Source: a virus (lineage: Duplodnaviria > Caudoviricetes). From it: a stretch of 64,000 nt of DNA. This document shows positions 29,026-39,270 of the stretch, one piece after another. The translations under genes and the position numbers were made by a program. The notes under the pieces were generated by a model, which did no database searches, was not told where the DNA came from, and worked only from the letters and a program-made list of their open reading frames with translations. The stretch is from positions 1,268 to 65,267 of IMG/VR virus record IMGVR_UViG_3300024262_002316; one strand, written 5' to 3'. Every line of letters starts with the position of its first letter. The first letter of the stretch is position 1.

Positions 29026-29910
29026 TTACTGAAGATAGAACTTCATTCCCCAGTCAACTCTAGCTGTATAAATTCCTAGGTTTTCCCTAGATGGCTCTGC
29101 CAACTTAGCTTCATCAATATAGAGCTTATTCCACTGTATAGCTCCACTAGCTTGCAATGTAGTAAAATCAACATATGTAGAAGCTTTATCTCCATAAAAA
29201 TCAAATTGTTCTGGAGCTAGATTGAAATCAACTCCCTGTATTTTATTGTGATATGATGATGTAGTTAAAACGTCAATTATTTTATTCATATCTCTTCTAT
29301 TATTTGCCACAATATGAAAACTAACATCTTGGTTTACTATCTGGCCACCTCCCATTTGCCAGGGAGTAGAGTCTCTATCTATTGGGTTTACTGCTATTAG
29401 TGGTAACTGTGAACTATTTCCACTAGGTAGATTTATAGCAGAGGCATCTTGTCCATATCGGAATCGAGAGAAAATGATCCTCGCGGCCTCTGAGTCTGGA
29501 GAAGTTACATTAACTCTTTTATAGCTAAAGTCTGCATTTACTACTGATCCAGAAGGTACAGCGTTTTCAAATACCACCGTTCCATTTTTATAGTCAATGT
29601 GGGGAACGTAGGTGCCGCTTCCAGTTGGCTCAAATACACCTGATACATAGACCCCAGATACGGCTGTTATATCATACCCAGATGGCCCAGTTACGTCACC
29701 TTCAAATACCCAGTTATCAAAGCTACTTTGGTAAGTCGTTGAATTGACACGAGTTAAGGTGTCCATCCTATCTCCACTATACCAATCCTGAGATAAGTAT
29801 ACGTTAGAATACATTCCATTTAATAAAAACCTATGGTCTAAATATTGTTTAATATTAAACTCTAATAGATCTGAATTATCATATAGCTTGAATACAGCAG
29901 ATGGAGACAT
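29026..29910 (-). CDS. Putative tail completion/terminator protein
   Basis: Immediately upstream of the tail tube gene; HIDYKNGTVVF, QLP.IAV and WQMGGG motifs. Confidence 0.55.
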   Translation of the reverse strand: MSPSAVFKLYDNSDLLEFNIKQYLDHRFLLNGMYSNVYLSQDWYSGDRMDTLTRVNSTTYQSSFDNWVFEGDVTGPSGYDITAVSGVYVSGVFEPTGSGTYVPHIDYKNGTVVFENAVPSGSVVNADFSYKRVNVTSPDSEAARIIFSRFRYGQDASAINLPSGNSSQLPLIAVNPIDRDSTPWQMGGGQIVNQDVSFHIVANNRRDMNKIIDVLTTSSYHNKIQGVDFNLAPEQFDFYGDKASTYVDFTTLQASGAIQWNKLYIDEAKLAEPSRENLGIYTARVDWGMKFYLQ

Positions 29911-30524
29911 TATTTCACCTTCCTTTGCAATATGGTAGCTATTCCTGCGCTGACTTCTTTTTTACTTATACTTCTAGCTATCTTATCAAATATTTTAGTT
30001 CTAGGTAATTTAAAGAGACCAGTTCCTTCTACCATTCTTCCTTCTTTAGATCTAGAGAATTTTCCACCGCCGTCTTCGAACGCATAGCCTGTTATACTAA
30101 GACCGTTCTCAAGCCAATCGACCCAAGATACTGTCTGTACAACTTCAAACGCACCAGTTTTAGAATTAAGCTTAGTTAGATCGTGTTGAGCAACCTCGTG
30201 ATTTTTCAAGGCGTCAAAGTCAATCCATTCTAAAACAACAGTATCTCTATTAGCTCTTATTTTAGTTATCTTTTTATCTGTTTTTATGATATTAATCACT
30301 CTATCGATATCTGTGACTTCACTATCTGTAAAACCAAATTCTCCACGTAATGAACCTTTTATGTCCTTGAATTCTTTTGATTCTGCAAATTTGTCACCAA
30401 GCATTTCATTCACTTTAACAAGGTATTTTTCAAGATCTTTAATAACTTGCTTTTGCTTATTATTAATAATCTCCTTAAGTTTTCTTTCAAACCCTCCTGG
30501 GTCAGATAGGGTCACTCTAGCCAT
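29910..30524 (-). CDS. Putative neck protein
   Basis: Basic protein between head closure and tail completion; SWVDWL...SRS..GRM motif. Confidence 0.5.
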   Translation of the reverse strand: MARVTLSDPGGFERKLKEIINNKQKQVIKDLEKYLVKVNEMLGDKFAESKEFKDIKGSLRGEFGFTDSEVTDIDRVINIIKTDKKITKIRANRDTVVLEWIDFDALKNHEVAQHDLTKLNSKTGAFEVVQTVSWVDWLENGLSITGYAFEDGGGKFSRSKEGRMVEGTGLFKLPRTKIFDKIARSISKKEVSAGIATILQRKVK

Positions 30525-32254
30525 TATTCAATTCTTTTCCAAAAAGAAGTTAAAAATGTCCTAGTCTGCAAACCCTTTTGAATCGGGTCGCCTTCTAGTT
30601 GGTAGAAGTTGCCCTCTATTTTAACTTTGGTTGCATTTTCTACATCACTTCTTGATTCTATTCTGGTCTTAAGTCTAGCAACCTCAGTTTTTTTGATTCC
30701 AGTTTCTTCAAAGGCCCAGTCGTCAGGATTGTACTTAATAAGAGCTGTCCATATTTTGGTGTCCTCTGTTAGTAGTTTTCCTCTCCCTGCACAGATAGGG
30801 CATATAGCCCCAAGGGGGAAAGACCTGTTTAGAGATGTATTTATAGTGTTAGGATTCCCAGAGTTGTATTTACCGTCTGATCTTCCATCTGGTGAAATCC
30901 CGCAATTTCCGACTGCAACGCCATTTGCAATATAACTGTGAGTATTTGTTACCCTAAAGTTATAAACCTTTGCTCTTGAAATGTAATCTATGCTTGACAA
31001 CATTGGTCTAGTTTCATAGTGACATTTTACGCGCCTCTTAGTTAAATTGCTGTTTGGGTTAGTGGAGTAACTAATTCTATATGTATCTTTTCTAGAAATT
31101 CCCTTTTTATCCACATAAGAATCAGATTTTGAAACATAAGGCAAGTACTTATTAGATTGCCAGATAGAGAAGACCTGATTACATAAAATATTTGAAATGG
31201 TTGTTAATCTAACAACATTAGTATTTTTGTATTTGACAATATTTCCATCTCCAGCAACCATATATTCTACTAATTTTGTTAATTGCTTTAAGTTGAGATT
31301 ATTGTATAAATAATCAGGTATTTGTTTATTTTCAGATGTGTGTCCAATTTGTTCTAATAATAGTTTAGAAAATTCTGTACTATAAAAGTTAACAAGTAGA
31401 TTTTTAGCATTTTCTCTAAACTCTTTAACTCCAGTTATTCCAAATTTTTCATTGAAAATTCTTATAAGCTTATCTGCAACCCATTCCTCTTTCTCGGAAT
31501 TCAGACAGTACGAAAATTGTCTGGGATATCCAGAGCCCAGATGTACACAGCCTTCAGCTATGAACCAACCAATTGCAAACAAAACATCATCATCTATTTT
31601 AATGTCGTCATTGAAAGCCACTCTTGGCTTGTAGTTCTTTTTACAAACATTCTTTACGGAATGTACGCTAATTCCTGTTTTATTAGATATATACATAGGC
31701 TCAGCCCCCGCTAAAGCCAACTCTCTTACCTCTTCAACTTGGTTGATAGTAAAACCTTTGTTTGTGTAATTCTCCCACTTTATATTTATAAATTTTAAAT
31801 CTTCATCTGAATATTTAGTAAGAGGAAATACCAACATGTCTCCTGTTTTAAGTTCTTCTGAGGGTACTTTTACAAAATTACCGCTTCTTTCAACAACAAC
31901 TTTGTGATTGCTGGTTGAAGAAAACATGTTAGTATACCCTTCTATTTTTAATTTAGTAAAGCTGCCGCTATAATCTCTACTGTAAAGTTTATCGACCGTT
32001 TGAATTTGGCCTAGGTGATCTAAAACTGAATCTCCTATTTTTATATCTTCTATATTCTTATATCCAAGTGGTGTTTTTACTAAAGTTCCTGCCTCAAAAC
32101 AATTGGGGCAGTCACTTGTAGTTGGAGTCAGATAAAGTGTGACGGGGTAGCCCAGGTCTTTTATTAGCTGATTTATTGCATCTTCATACAAACCCTGTTG
32201 GGTTGAATCAAGGTACAAGCCCTTAGTAGGTAGAATGCTATCATCTTCAGCCAT
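30524..32254 (-). CDS. Putative head-closure protein with two CxxC motifs, interrupted by an intein
   Basis: Spliced extein is 177 aa with CPN|C and CPIC. Synteny is adaptor, closure, neck, tail completion, tail tube. Confidence 0.65.
   Translation of the reverse strand: MAEDDSILPTKGLYLDSTQQGLYEDAINQLIKDLGYPVTLYLTPTTSDCPNCFEAGTLVKTPLGYKNIEDIKIGDSVLDHLGQIQTVDKLYSRDYSGSFTKLKIEGYTNMFSSTSNHKVVVERSGNFVKVPSEELKTGDMLVFPLTKYSDEDLKFINIKWENYTNKGFTINQVEEVRELALAGAEPMYISNKTGISVHSVKNVCKKNYKPRVAFNDDIKIDDDVLFAIGWFIAEGCVHLGSGYPRQFSYCLNSEKEEWVADKLIRIFNEKFGITGVKEFRENAKNLLVNFYSTEFSKLLLEQIGHTSENKQIPDYLYNNLNLKQLTKLVEYMVAGDGNIVKYKNTNVVRLTTISNILCNQVFSIWQSNKYLPYVSKSDSYVDKKGISRKDTYRISYSTNPNSNLTKRRVKCHYETRPMLSSIDYISRAKVYNFRVTNTHSYIANGVAVGNCGISPDGRSDGKYNSGNPNTINTSLNRSFPLGAICPICAGRGKLLTEDTKIWTALIKYNPDDWAFEETGIKKTEVARLKTRIESRSDVENATKVKIEGNFYQLEGDPIQKGLQTRTFLTSFWKRIE
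30905..32101 (-). mobile_element. Intein (399 aa) with LAGLIDADG and HTH-like insert
   Basis: CFEAGTLVKT, STSNHKV, VYNFRV..THSYIANGVAVGN|C; LAGLIDADG motifs IGWFIAEG and MVAGDG. Confidence 0.9.
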
Positions 32255-32263
32255 TTAAGATTC

Positions 32264-33121
32264 CTAACAAAGATCTTGCGGACCACTGCTAGAATCAAAA
32301 GGACTGCTATAGTCCCTGGTTCCAGCCGAGTCTCCAGCGTGATCTACATCTGTTATTGTAAAACTGTTATCATACGTTATAAGTCCACCGTGAAGAGCTG
32401 GGTTAGAAGAAGAATTAGGATCATTGAATAGATATTTTGCTACAGCGTCACTTAACTCTGAACATGCATCAAGGACTACTTGGTTATGTCCACCGAAACT
32501 AGCTGTAGTATCTATCTCTGAATCGCCATCTCTAACTTTGATGCCTTTTCCAACAGAGTTTCTTCTTATGTTTTTTGATATTAGACATTCCATTTGCAAA
32601 ATTATCAAGTCATGAACACTAGAGTCTGGAGTTGGAAGAACACTACTTGTAGTTTGATCCAATGACAGCTCATAGTCAGTTCCGGTTAAGCTAAGATTCC
32701 TATTAAGTCTATTCAAAGATTTTACCATAAATATATCCATTTGAGCATCTGTAAACAGAGTATCATCTATGGCTAGATCTAGTTTTACTTGATCATAGAA
32801 ATTATCAACATTAGTAAACCCAGCATCTAAAGCGGTAGCCACCTCAAATGATTCGCTATGTGAAGTAGTAACTCCAACTGGGCTTATTACTGTCCAAGTT
32901 ATTAGCCAGCCAGTAAGGGCACCTGAGGGGACAGCTCCAAAGTTTCTAGCATCATGGTGGCCTACGGTTTGTTTAAACCCAGATACTCCACTTGGAGCTA
33001 GCTTTGTTCCACTTGGATCAAATATATCAAAAGTTATACCAGATGGGTCAGTTAAGACTCCACCGAATCTAGTGTAAATATCAAGACCAGATGGTACTGA
33101 TCCCGCCTGTATTAATGGCAT
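32264..33121 (-). CDS. Putative head-tail adaptor with an N-terminal SG-rich domain
   Basis: Helical C-terminal half (QVKLDL...SLNRLN...IKVRDGDSEID); position upstream of the head-closure gene. Confidence 0.5.
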   Translation of the reverse strand: MPLIQAGSVPSGLDIYTRFGGVLTDPSGITFDIFDPSGTKLAPSGVSGFKQTVGHHDARNFGAVPSGALTGWLITWTVISPVGVTTSHSESFEVATALDAGFTNVDNFYDQVKLDLAIDDTLFTDAQMDIFMVKSLNRLNRNLSLTGTDYELSLDQTTSSVLPTPDSSVHDLIILQMECLISKNIRRNSVGKGIKVRDGDSEIDTTASFGGHNQVVLDACSELSDAVAKYLFNDPNSSSNPALHGGLITYDNSFTITDVDHAGDSAGTRDYSSPFDSSSGPQDLC

Positions 33122-33133
33122 TCTGCCTCCTTA

Positions 33134-34306
33134 TTAATCAAGAAATAGTACTTCCATACTGGAGGGCGTTCCTCCTCCTCCTCCAGATCCAATGATCTGA
33201 GGAGTAACAAGTCCGCTCACTATAACATTACAATTAGGACCAGAGTTGTCAGTATAGTGTCCTACTCCTCTGATAACAATAGTTCCAGATACGCATGAAG
33301 AATCTATTAGTATGTTGGCAGAGTCTACATCTAAAGAAGCCGCCATATTAGGACCATTGAATCCGCTTACCTGTAATCCACCATGATAGCCGCGTAAATT
33401 CAACTGTAGACCAGATATTCCTGCTGCGTCAATTATTGGTGTACTAGTTCCAGCAACATTGCTGAAGCAATCAACAAACTCAACTATGTCATCGGCGTCC
33501 GTGTTGGCCAATGAAATTGTTCCAGCAAGTCCACCCTTAATCATGCGTCCTTCAAAGTCAGCAATAGAAGAGAATGACGAAACATCTCTGGCTGTGATTG
33601 AACCATTTAAATCTCCAGTAAGTATCATCGCTCTAAAAACAGAGTTGGCATTCGATGCTCCAGTAATGAAGTTTATGCTAGCCAATTTGGAATCATCTCC
33701 CACTATATCGTAGTTGTCAATTGACTCCCCAGATCCAACTACTAACGCACCGCGTAAGTGAATTCTATTGGGTAGGGTTCTTTGCACAATAATAGTTTGA
33801 GCGTCAGCCAGGTTGTTAACTGGTGAGCCAGGAGTACCTAAAGGAAAACTTGTCCCCGGTGTCCCAGCATCTATGTCAATCCAAACTCGTGCATCTGTAA
33901 ATGATTGATCTTCTACCTGTTTAGAGTAAGTAAGACCAGCAGAGTTGGCCGTGTTTACTCCAACTTGGTTCTTGATTGTTTTATCAGCTATGTTAGAGTT
34001 ACCTCCAACTATATTTACGTTATACAAACCATCTTCAAATAAAACTACATATGGAGTAAGGATTTCAACCACCCTAGCCAATGTTACACCCGCTACCGTG
34101 AGTGGAGCGGTGTGAACGTGATTAGTAGGAAATACCATTCCTTTTTCGTCATCCATTAGATCATTCAATATCTTACGGAAGTCATCAATATTTAACTGAC
34201 GAATTTCTGTAGGGCCACCAAACGTCACATCGGTCATATCCGTTTTAGGGATATTGATAATGTACTGTGGAGTGTTCTGATTAGAATAGTCAATGGTTAT
34301 GGCCAT
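33134..34306 (-). CDS. Virion accessory protein
   Basis: MAITID...VAGVTLARVVEI..Y.V.FEDG.YNVN...NSAGL N-terminal domain and a GTPGSPVNNLADA motif. Confidence 0.55.
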   Translation of the reverse strand: MAITIDYSNQNTPQYIINIPKTDMTDVTFGGPTEIRQLNIDDFRKILNDLMDDEKGMVFPTNHVHTAPLTVAGVTLARVVEILTPYVVLFEDGLYNVNIVGGNSNIADKTIKNQVGVNTANSAGLTYSKQVEDQSFTDARVWIDIDAGTPGTSFPLGTPGSPVNNLADAQTIIVQRTLPNRIHLRGALVVGSGESIDNYDIVGDDSKLASINFITGASNANSVFRAMILTGDLNGSITARDVSSFSSIADFEGRMIKGGLAGTISLANTDADDIVEFVDCFSNVAGTSTPIIDAAGISGLQLNLRGYHGGLQVSGFNGPNMAASLDVDSANILIDSSCVSGTIVIRGVGHYTDNSGPNCNVIVSGLVTPQIIGSGGGGGTPSSMEVLFLD

Positions 34307-34309
34307 GAC

Positions 34310-34510
34310 TTAAGCGGTTGGTCCGCTCCCCCTACCGATTAACATGGCCTTTTGCATTTGCAGCATTAATTGAGTTATTCTATTATGGAGATTTGTAATC
34401 TCTGCTCTGAGAACTTTAATCTCATCCTGTTGTTCGTTGTATCTTACGTTTATTTTTTCGCAATGTTTAATCATACGTTCAACGTTTTGTTTTTCGTTAT
34501 CACTTGGCAT
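34310..34510 (-). CDS. Small coiled-coil hypothetical protein
   Basis: 66 aa with RBS, embedded in the operon. Confidence 0.5.
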   Translation of the reverse strand: MPSDNEKQNVERMIKHCEKINVRYNEQQDEIKVLRAEITNLHNRITQLMLQMQKAMLIGRGSGPTA

Positions 34511-34524
34511 ATTTAAACCTTTCT

Positions 34525-36378
34525 TTATTCATCTACTACTAGAGAAACGATTGAAGAGAATCCGTTCGAAGTTATTGTGCCGGAAACTGGGCCAGTCTTA
34601 TAAAATGGAGTTGTGGATCCTTTGCGAAGAACTCCTGTTACTGGTTGGTCTGACACATAGTTGTAGCCAGTATCCTCGACTACACCAGCCGCACTAGTTA
34701 GTCCGGTAAGAATTTGGGCAGCTACGGATAGGGTTCCGGTAGCGTCTGCTCCAGGGTCGCTACCCATAGTATAGGTGAAGACTGTCGTACTGGATACTGT
34801 TACCGTGAAGGTTCCATTGTACGCGCCTTGATTTGCTCCGCGAACTATTACTGTGTCCCCTGTGGTCAGTCCGTGGACCGCTCCCATTGTGCAGGTAGCA
34901 ACAGTTGTAACGTGCGTGATGCTGGTGACCGTATCTCCAGCATCGACCAATGGTCCGCCTGCGTCAGCCTCCAAGTTGAGCCTGACATTCTGAATGTTAG
35001 AAGAGTCGGCTGCGGAGATCGCCTTTACGGATACTGTCACTGAGTTGTTGATAACAACTGTTGCACCCGCAGTCTTATACGTTGGCGTGTTACCGCCTCC
35101 TCCGATGTTTAGAGTCACTGTACCTGTGGTCTCCGTAATATCGATGGCAGCCGCATCTGAGGCTATTGCTCCGTATCCAGTGAAGGTCAACCCAGTAAGA
35201 GTGTAGGATCCAGATGTTGCAATTTCGATAGCGTGTCCTGCTCCACCTTGAGTGAAGTCGGTATCGTGTAGTCCTGTAGTTGTTCCGAATGTAGGATCAG
35301 TTATCGTTGCAACTGAAGTGATGGATGTAGTTGTGATAGCGCAGTTCTGTATTTCCGCAGTTCCTTGTGTTATATCCTCAACTTCTATAGAGCACCCATC
35401 AATATCTACAGGTGATGTCAGTATAAGTTGTGCTAGGTTTTTCATAGTAACTGTATTCATAGTAACAGTTCCGGTTGCTGCTGTTCCTACAAATTCCACA
35501 ATGAGGCGTGTATCCTCAGATGTTGTGTAGCCCAGTCCAAGAGTATTGTCTTTCTCACCTCGTGAGCTTATCACTGAGTCAGAAAGTGAGAACGTAGTGG
35601 CCGCATTTCCCAGATTGGTTCGAAGGCGTGCGAATCCAGTAGCGAAGTAGCCATTATTCCAAACCAGAACCTTAGAGGAGTCGCTGAACTGTGTAGAGGC
35701 AGCAGTCTCAGACGTATTCTCACCAACGCTTAAGCGACCGTTTATAAAGACGATGCCCGCCTGTGTGGATACATAACCCCAGCGATTTCCAGTTGTTCCT
35801 TCGTCGGCTGTAACAAAATCTTCTATGTCACTGGCAGCCCCAATTACGTGGAGACCGGCACCAATGTCGATTGCGTCGATGATCAAGTTCTCAGCTTTGG
35901 ACCCAGTCGAGAAGTTGCCTAGTACGCCGAAATAGTCTACAGACGTGAGCGCGGCGGGGCCACCTCCGTTAGTGACATCTCTATATCCAGCCACATTTGG
36001 ATCTATGGCAAGTAGAAGCCACCCACCTTTTGGTGGATAGTTGTCATTGCCTGCGACATAATAATCATACGTTCTAGTTGAAGAATCTCCAAGTCTAACG
36101 TGGAGAGCGGGGGTGGTGCGAGCAAATAACACTGCGGGGTTCGTAACGGATACTTTACACAACCAACAGTTTCGGTCTGTCGCGGTCATGTCTACCCCTC
36201 CAGCAGCAGGATTGTAGTCTCTGCCGCGTAGCACATCGACTTTGCGTGACTGACATCCTGCACCTTGGTATACGATATCTCCCTCAGCCGCGACACCTCC
36301 ACCACCACCAATATTCCCCCAGTTAGTGGTGGAGACTGCATCTGAAAATCTATTATTGTCGGCTGATACGGTTCCCAA
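34525..36378 (-). CDS. Virion accessory/fibre protein
   Basis: Thr/Gly-rich with an HGLTTGDTV...YNGTFTV domain; elevated GC. Confidence 0.55.
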   Translation of the reverse strand: MGTVSADNNRFSDAVSTTNWGNIGGGGGVAAEGDIVYQGAGCQSRKVDVLRGRDYNPAAGGVDMTATDRNCWLCKVSVTNPAVLFARTTPALHVRLGDSSTRTYDYYVAGNDNYPPKGGWLLLAIDPNVAGYRDVTNGGGPAALTSVDYFGVLGNFSTGSKAENLIIDAIDIGAGLHVIGAASDIEDFVTADEGTTGNRWGYVSTQAGIVFINGRLSVGENTSETAASTQFSDSSKVLVWNNGYFATGFARLRTNLGNAATTFSLSDSVISSRGEKDNTLGLGYTTSEDTRLIVEFVGTAATGTVTMNTVTMKNLAQLILTSPVDIDGCSIEVEDITQGTAEIQNCAITTTSITSVATITDPTFGTTTGLHDTDFTQGGAGHAIEIATSGSYTLTGLTFTGYGAIASDAAAIDITETTGTVTLNIGGGGNTPTYKTAGATVVINNSVTVSVKAISAADSSNIQNVRLNLEADAGGPLVDAGDTVTSITHVTTVATCTMGAVHGLTTGDTVIVRGANQGAYNGTFTVTVSSTTVFTYTMGSDPGADATGTLSVAAQILTGLTSAAGVVEDTGYNYVSDQPVTGVLRKGSTTPFYKTGPVSGTITSNGFSSIVSLVVDE

Positions 36379-36392
36379 AGTACTACCCCTTT

Positions 36393-38495
36393 TTAAACAT
36401 CGGAGGTCCGAATAGCAGCAATTGAAGCGTTGGCTGAACCGAAAGTAGCAGGAGATTCGAAGGTTTTAATTCCTTCTGCATCACCAGCGGTTCCACCATC
36501 CCGCACTCGCACGAATAAGTCAACGTCTGTTGTATATACCGCAGTGTAAGATAGTGATGTTCCACCAAGAGCATCAATGTAAGATATGTAACCGCCAACA
36601 GAGACAATTGGATTGGTCGTAGTGTCCACGTCTGCCGTTGTCGTTGAAGGAGCTGTAATAGTATCGTTGTTAATTGGATCAGATCCGGTTAGCATCCGAA
36701 TTACCATGTCTCCAGTCGTACCGTCGTCTTGCAGATAGAGTAACTCTGCTGTTCCGCCTCCGCCAAACGTCAGAGTCTCTCCAACTATGAAACTTGCCAC
36801 TGCTTCGTTATCATAGCTAAGAGTATGAGTAGCGCCAGCAGAGGGTAGTGTTCCAGTTAACGTATAAGTTGAAGTTGTTCGTGAAGTGAAAGGAACGCGG
36901 TCATAGAACTCACCATTGAACACTCTTAGTGTTCCAGATGGAGGTGTTCCAGCAGGTATTGTTCCAATCGTTACATAGGTTGCAGCACCAGAAGCGTTCT
37001 GACCAGTTGCACCAAGTAATTGTTCAGTTTCCAACACTCCAGCAAGTCTTGGGCCAACCAATACTCTATCCTCTGTGGCTGTCAAACCAGTAACGGTGAA
37101 CGTCACGTTGTTGGGTGGCTCACGTAGTGTTCCAAGTAGATCTGTAAGCTTATCTCCAACACTTAGGTCAGTAGAAGGGTCAACAATGCCAACTCCGAAA
37201 GCTCCAATGACGTTAGCTCCAGTAGACGCTCCAATGAAGGTTGCAGGAATTGTCCGTGTGACAGCAGAACCATTGGTAGTCATAACCTGAGTGTGATCAT
37301 CAATTGCGTAGGTTACAGTAGAGGCACTGGGTGCTGTACCCTTGATAATCTGAACCCAGACAGTTCCCGTTGTTCCTAGGTCATTGACGGCTAATACTGT
37401 TGCGACTCCACCGCCAGTTGTCTGACCAACGGGGCCTGCGGAAGAAGTCGCAGTTGCAAGAGAAGTGAAGCCAGTTATAAGCTCTGCATTCTGCCATGTT
37501 CCAGTTTCAGTAGCGATAACTAAAGACGTGTTAGTAGCATCAACGCTCAAAATGCGACCTACTGCAAGTGAAGTTCCGCCAGTTACTTTCTCTCCAACTT
37601 GGAAGGTTCCAGTTATGACTCCAGTGTTAAGAAATGTTCCCCATGAGTAAGAGTCATTTGTAGCAGGTTGTGCGCCAGCTTCTCCAGTGTATGCCCACTC
37701 GTGACTGATGCCACGAAAGAGACTTCCATTCATGCCGTGGATTGTCTCGGCTGTTCCGCGCCTCTGAATGTCTTTTCCAAATTCATATAGGTCGGGAGGA
37801 GTCTGTGCTCCAAGATTCCAACCGCTATAATAATCTTCGTCAACTAAGTCTCCTGTTACGTCAATGCCCTGAAAACCTTCTATTGGGTTAGTTATTCCCC
37901 AAGCATTTACAGTAGCCTGAGCAGTCGCATTGTTGAGATCGTCAGAGGTAAATAGCGCAGCAGTGTTGTTACCTAGGGCCATTGTCACTGAGAATTCCGC
38001 GTACGTATCATTAAACTCTCGTGCTTGGCATGTTATTCTAGAGCCATTTATATTGGCTCCATCAGCCCTAGTCTTAACTAATTTTCTCATTAGGATAAGG
38101 TTGCCCGCATCGGCGTTTGGAGCAGCAGTCCAAGTGTCAGTTAATAGAGCATTATCTTGTACAATAATGATATTGGTCCCGGCAACTACGTCTCCCACGA
38201 CTACTAGTCCTGAGTAAACAGTGTCTCCACTGTCCTGTGTTATAGATCCATCATAGAAGAATACAGCAGTAGCGTCATTAATGTTGTATCCATTAATTAG
38301 TGTTATAATGTTGTCGGTCGAGCGATCAGATGGGGTTTCACTTGTAATAGCCACGATATCATCTGAAGTTGCCGGAACGGCATCATCAGCAACGTCCATT
38401 AGCCAGCGGTGCAATTCGAGAACAGTATAGTTAGTGGCAACTCCACCCCTAATATCTCCATCTTTATTAATAGTAAAATCATCCTGTATAGCCAT
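36393..38495 (-). CDS. Virion accessory/fibre protein (start reassigned to MAIQDD)
   Basis: AGGA RBS before the ATG at 38495; repeated FxVGExxT domains; elevated GC. Confidence 0.6.
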   Translation of the reverse strand: MAIQDDFTINKDGDIRGGVATNYTVLELHRWLMDVADDAVPATSDDIVAITSETPSDRSTDNIITLINGYNINDATAVFFYDGSITQDSGDTVYSGLVVVGDVVAGTNIIIVQDNALLTDTWTAAPNADAGNLILMRKLVKTRADGANINGSRITCQAREFNDTYAEFSVTMALGNNTAALFTSDDLNNATAQATVNAWGITNPIEGFQGIDVTGDLVDEDYYSGWNLGAQTPPDLYEFGKDIQRRGTAETIHGMNGSLFRGISHEWAYTGEAGAQPATNDSYSWGTFLNTGVITGTFQVGEKVTGGTSLAVGRILSVDATNTSLVIATETGTWQNAELITGFTSLATATSSAGPVGQTTGGGVATVLAVNDLGTTGTVWVQIIKGTAPSASTVTYAIDDHTQVMTTNGSAVTRTIPATFIGASTGANVIGAFGVGIVDPSTDLSVGDKLTDLLGTLREPPNNVTFTVTGLTATEDRVLVGPRLAGVLETEQLLGATGQNASGAATYVTIGTIPAGTPPSGTLRVFNGEFYDRVPFTSRTTSTYTLTGTLPSAGATHTLSYDNEAVASFIVGETLTFGGGGTAELLYLQDDGTTGDMVIRMLTGSDPINNDTITAPSTTTADVDTTTNPIVSVGGYISYIDALGGTSLSYTAVYTTDVDLFVRVRDGGTAGDAEGIKTFESPATFGSANASIAAIRTSDV

Positions 38496-38555
38496 AGTTT
38501 TTCCTTTCAAAAATGATAAAATAAATTTTCCATGTAACAAATGTTACTACTATAT

Positions 38556-38561
38556 TATACG
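38556..38561 (-). promoter_or_regulatory. CGTATA putative late-promoter motif
   Basis: CGTATAATATAG upstream of 38495. Confidence 0.5.
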
Positions 38562-38648
38562 AATCAGGCCAAGTGCGTTAAACTATAATAATAGCTAAAA
38601 TTAACACAAAGTATATTAAAGTGGCTATATTTATATATTTACGCTAAA

Positions 38649-39164
38649 TCATTCTTCTATTTTCCAATATTTTTTCTCGGCTTCCTTGCGAACTGCCATA
38701 GCTTCCTCATAGGTATGGAAGGAGCCTAGATATTTATTATCCCCATTAACCCCAATGGTAACTTCCCATTCTTTTATTACTTTTCTGTTTTCCATTCTTC
38801 TTACTCCTGGGTAGGGATTATTTGTATTAGTAAATTTACCCCTGTTTATGTTTTGCTCCATTTTGGTGCATTTGCGTAAGTTTTCCCAACGATTATCATG
38901 GCCATTTCTATTGATGTGATCTACTGTAATCATATTAGTAAACTCACATGGCTGTTCTCCAGTTTTCAAATACCAACATACATTATGATACATGAAGCAC
39001 TTTTGTTCAAATTTTACAACCATATATTCACGATGCTTACACCCAGCTTTAGAACCCTTTTTAGTTCCTCTTTTACCTTTTATCCAAGTAAGATCCCCAG
39101 TCTCTTCATTATAACTCAAGTATTCTCTTATACTTTCAGGAATCTCAACTCTCAACTCAGACAT
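38649..39164 (-). mobile_element. Free-standing HNH-AP2 homing endonuclease
   Basis: LSYNEETG.LTW, VDHINRNGHDNRWENLR, YPGV and YLGSFHTYEEA motifs. Probable start is MSELRV at 39164. Confidence 0.85.
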
Positions 39165-39180
39165 ACTATGCTCGCTTTCT

Positions 39181-39217
39181 ATTAAAAAATGGGAGAGAGC
39201 GAAATTGCTCTCTCCCA
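39181..39217 (-). terminator. Rho-independent terminator after the major capsid gene
   Basis: 11-bp stem TGGGAGAGAGC/GCTCTCTCCCA followed on the - strand by TTTTTT. Confidence 0.85.
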
Positions 39218-39270
39218 CCTTATACGAACATATTTATCCGTCCAACCAAATAAAGTTGGTTATTTTACGA

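Noticed and set aside
25453-33121. Contractile tail sheath/baseplate (myovirus) module
   Set aside because: No sheath-like or gpJ/gp25-like gene was recognised; gene order fits a non-contractile tail.
15281-36274. Additional TATACG copies inside coding regions (for example 15281, 20126, ~35077, ~36269)
   Set aside because: Expected by chance for a 6-mer in AT-rich DNA, so they were not counted as promoters.
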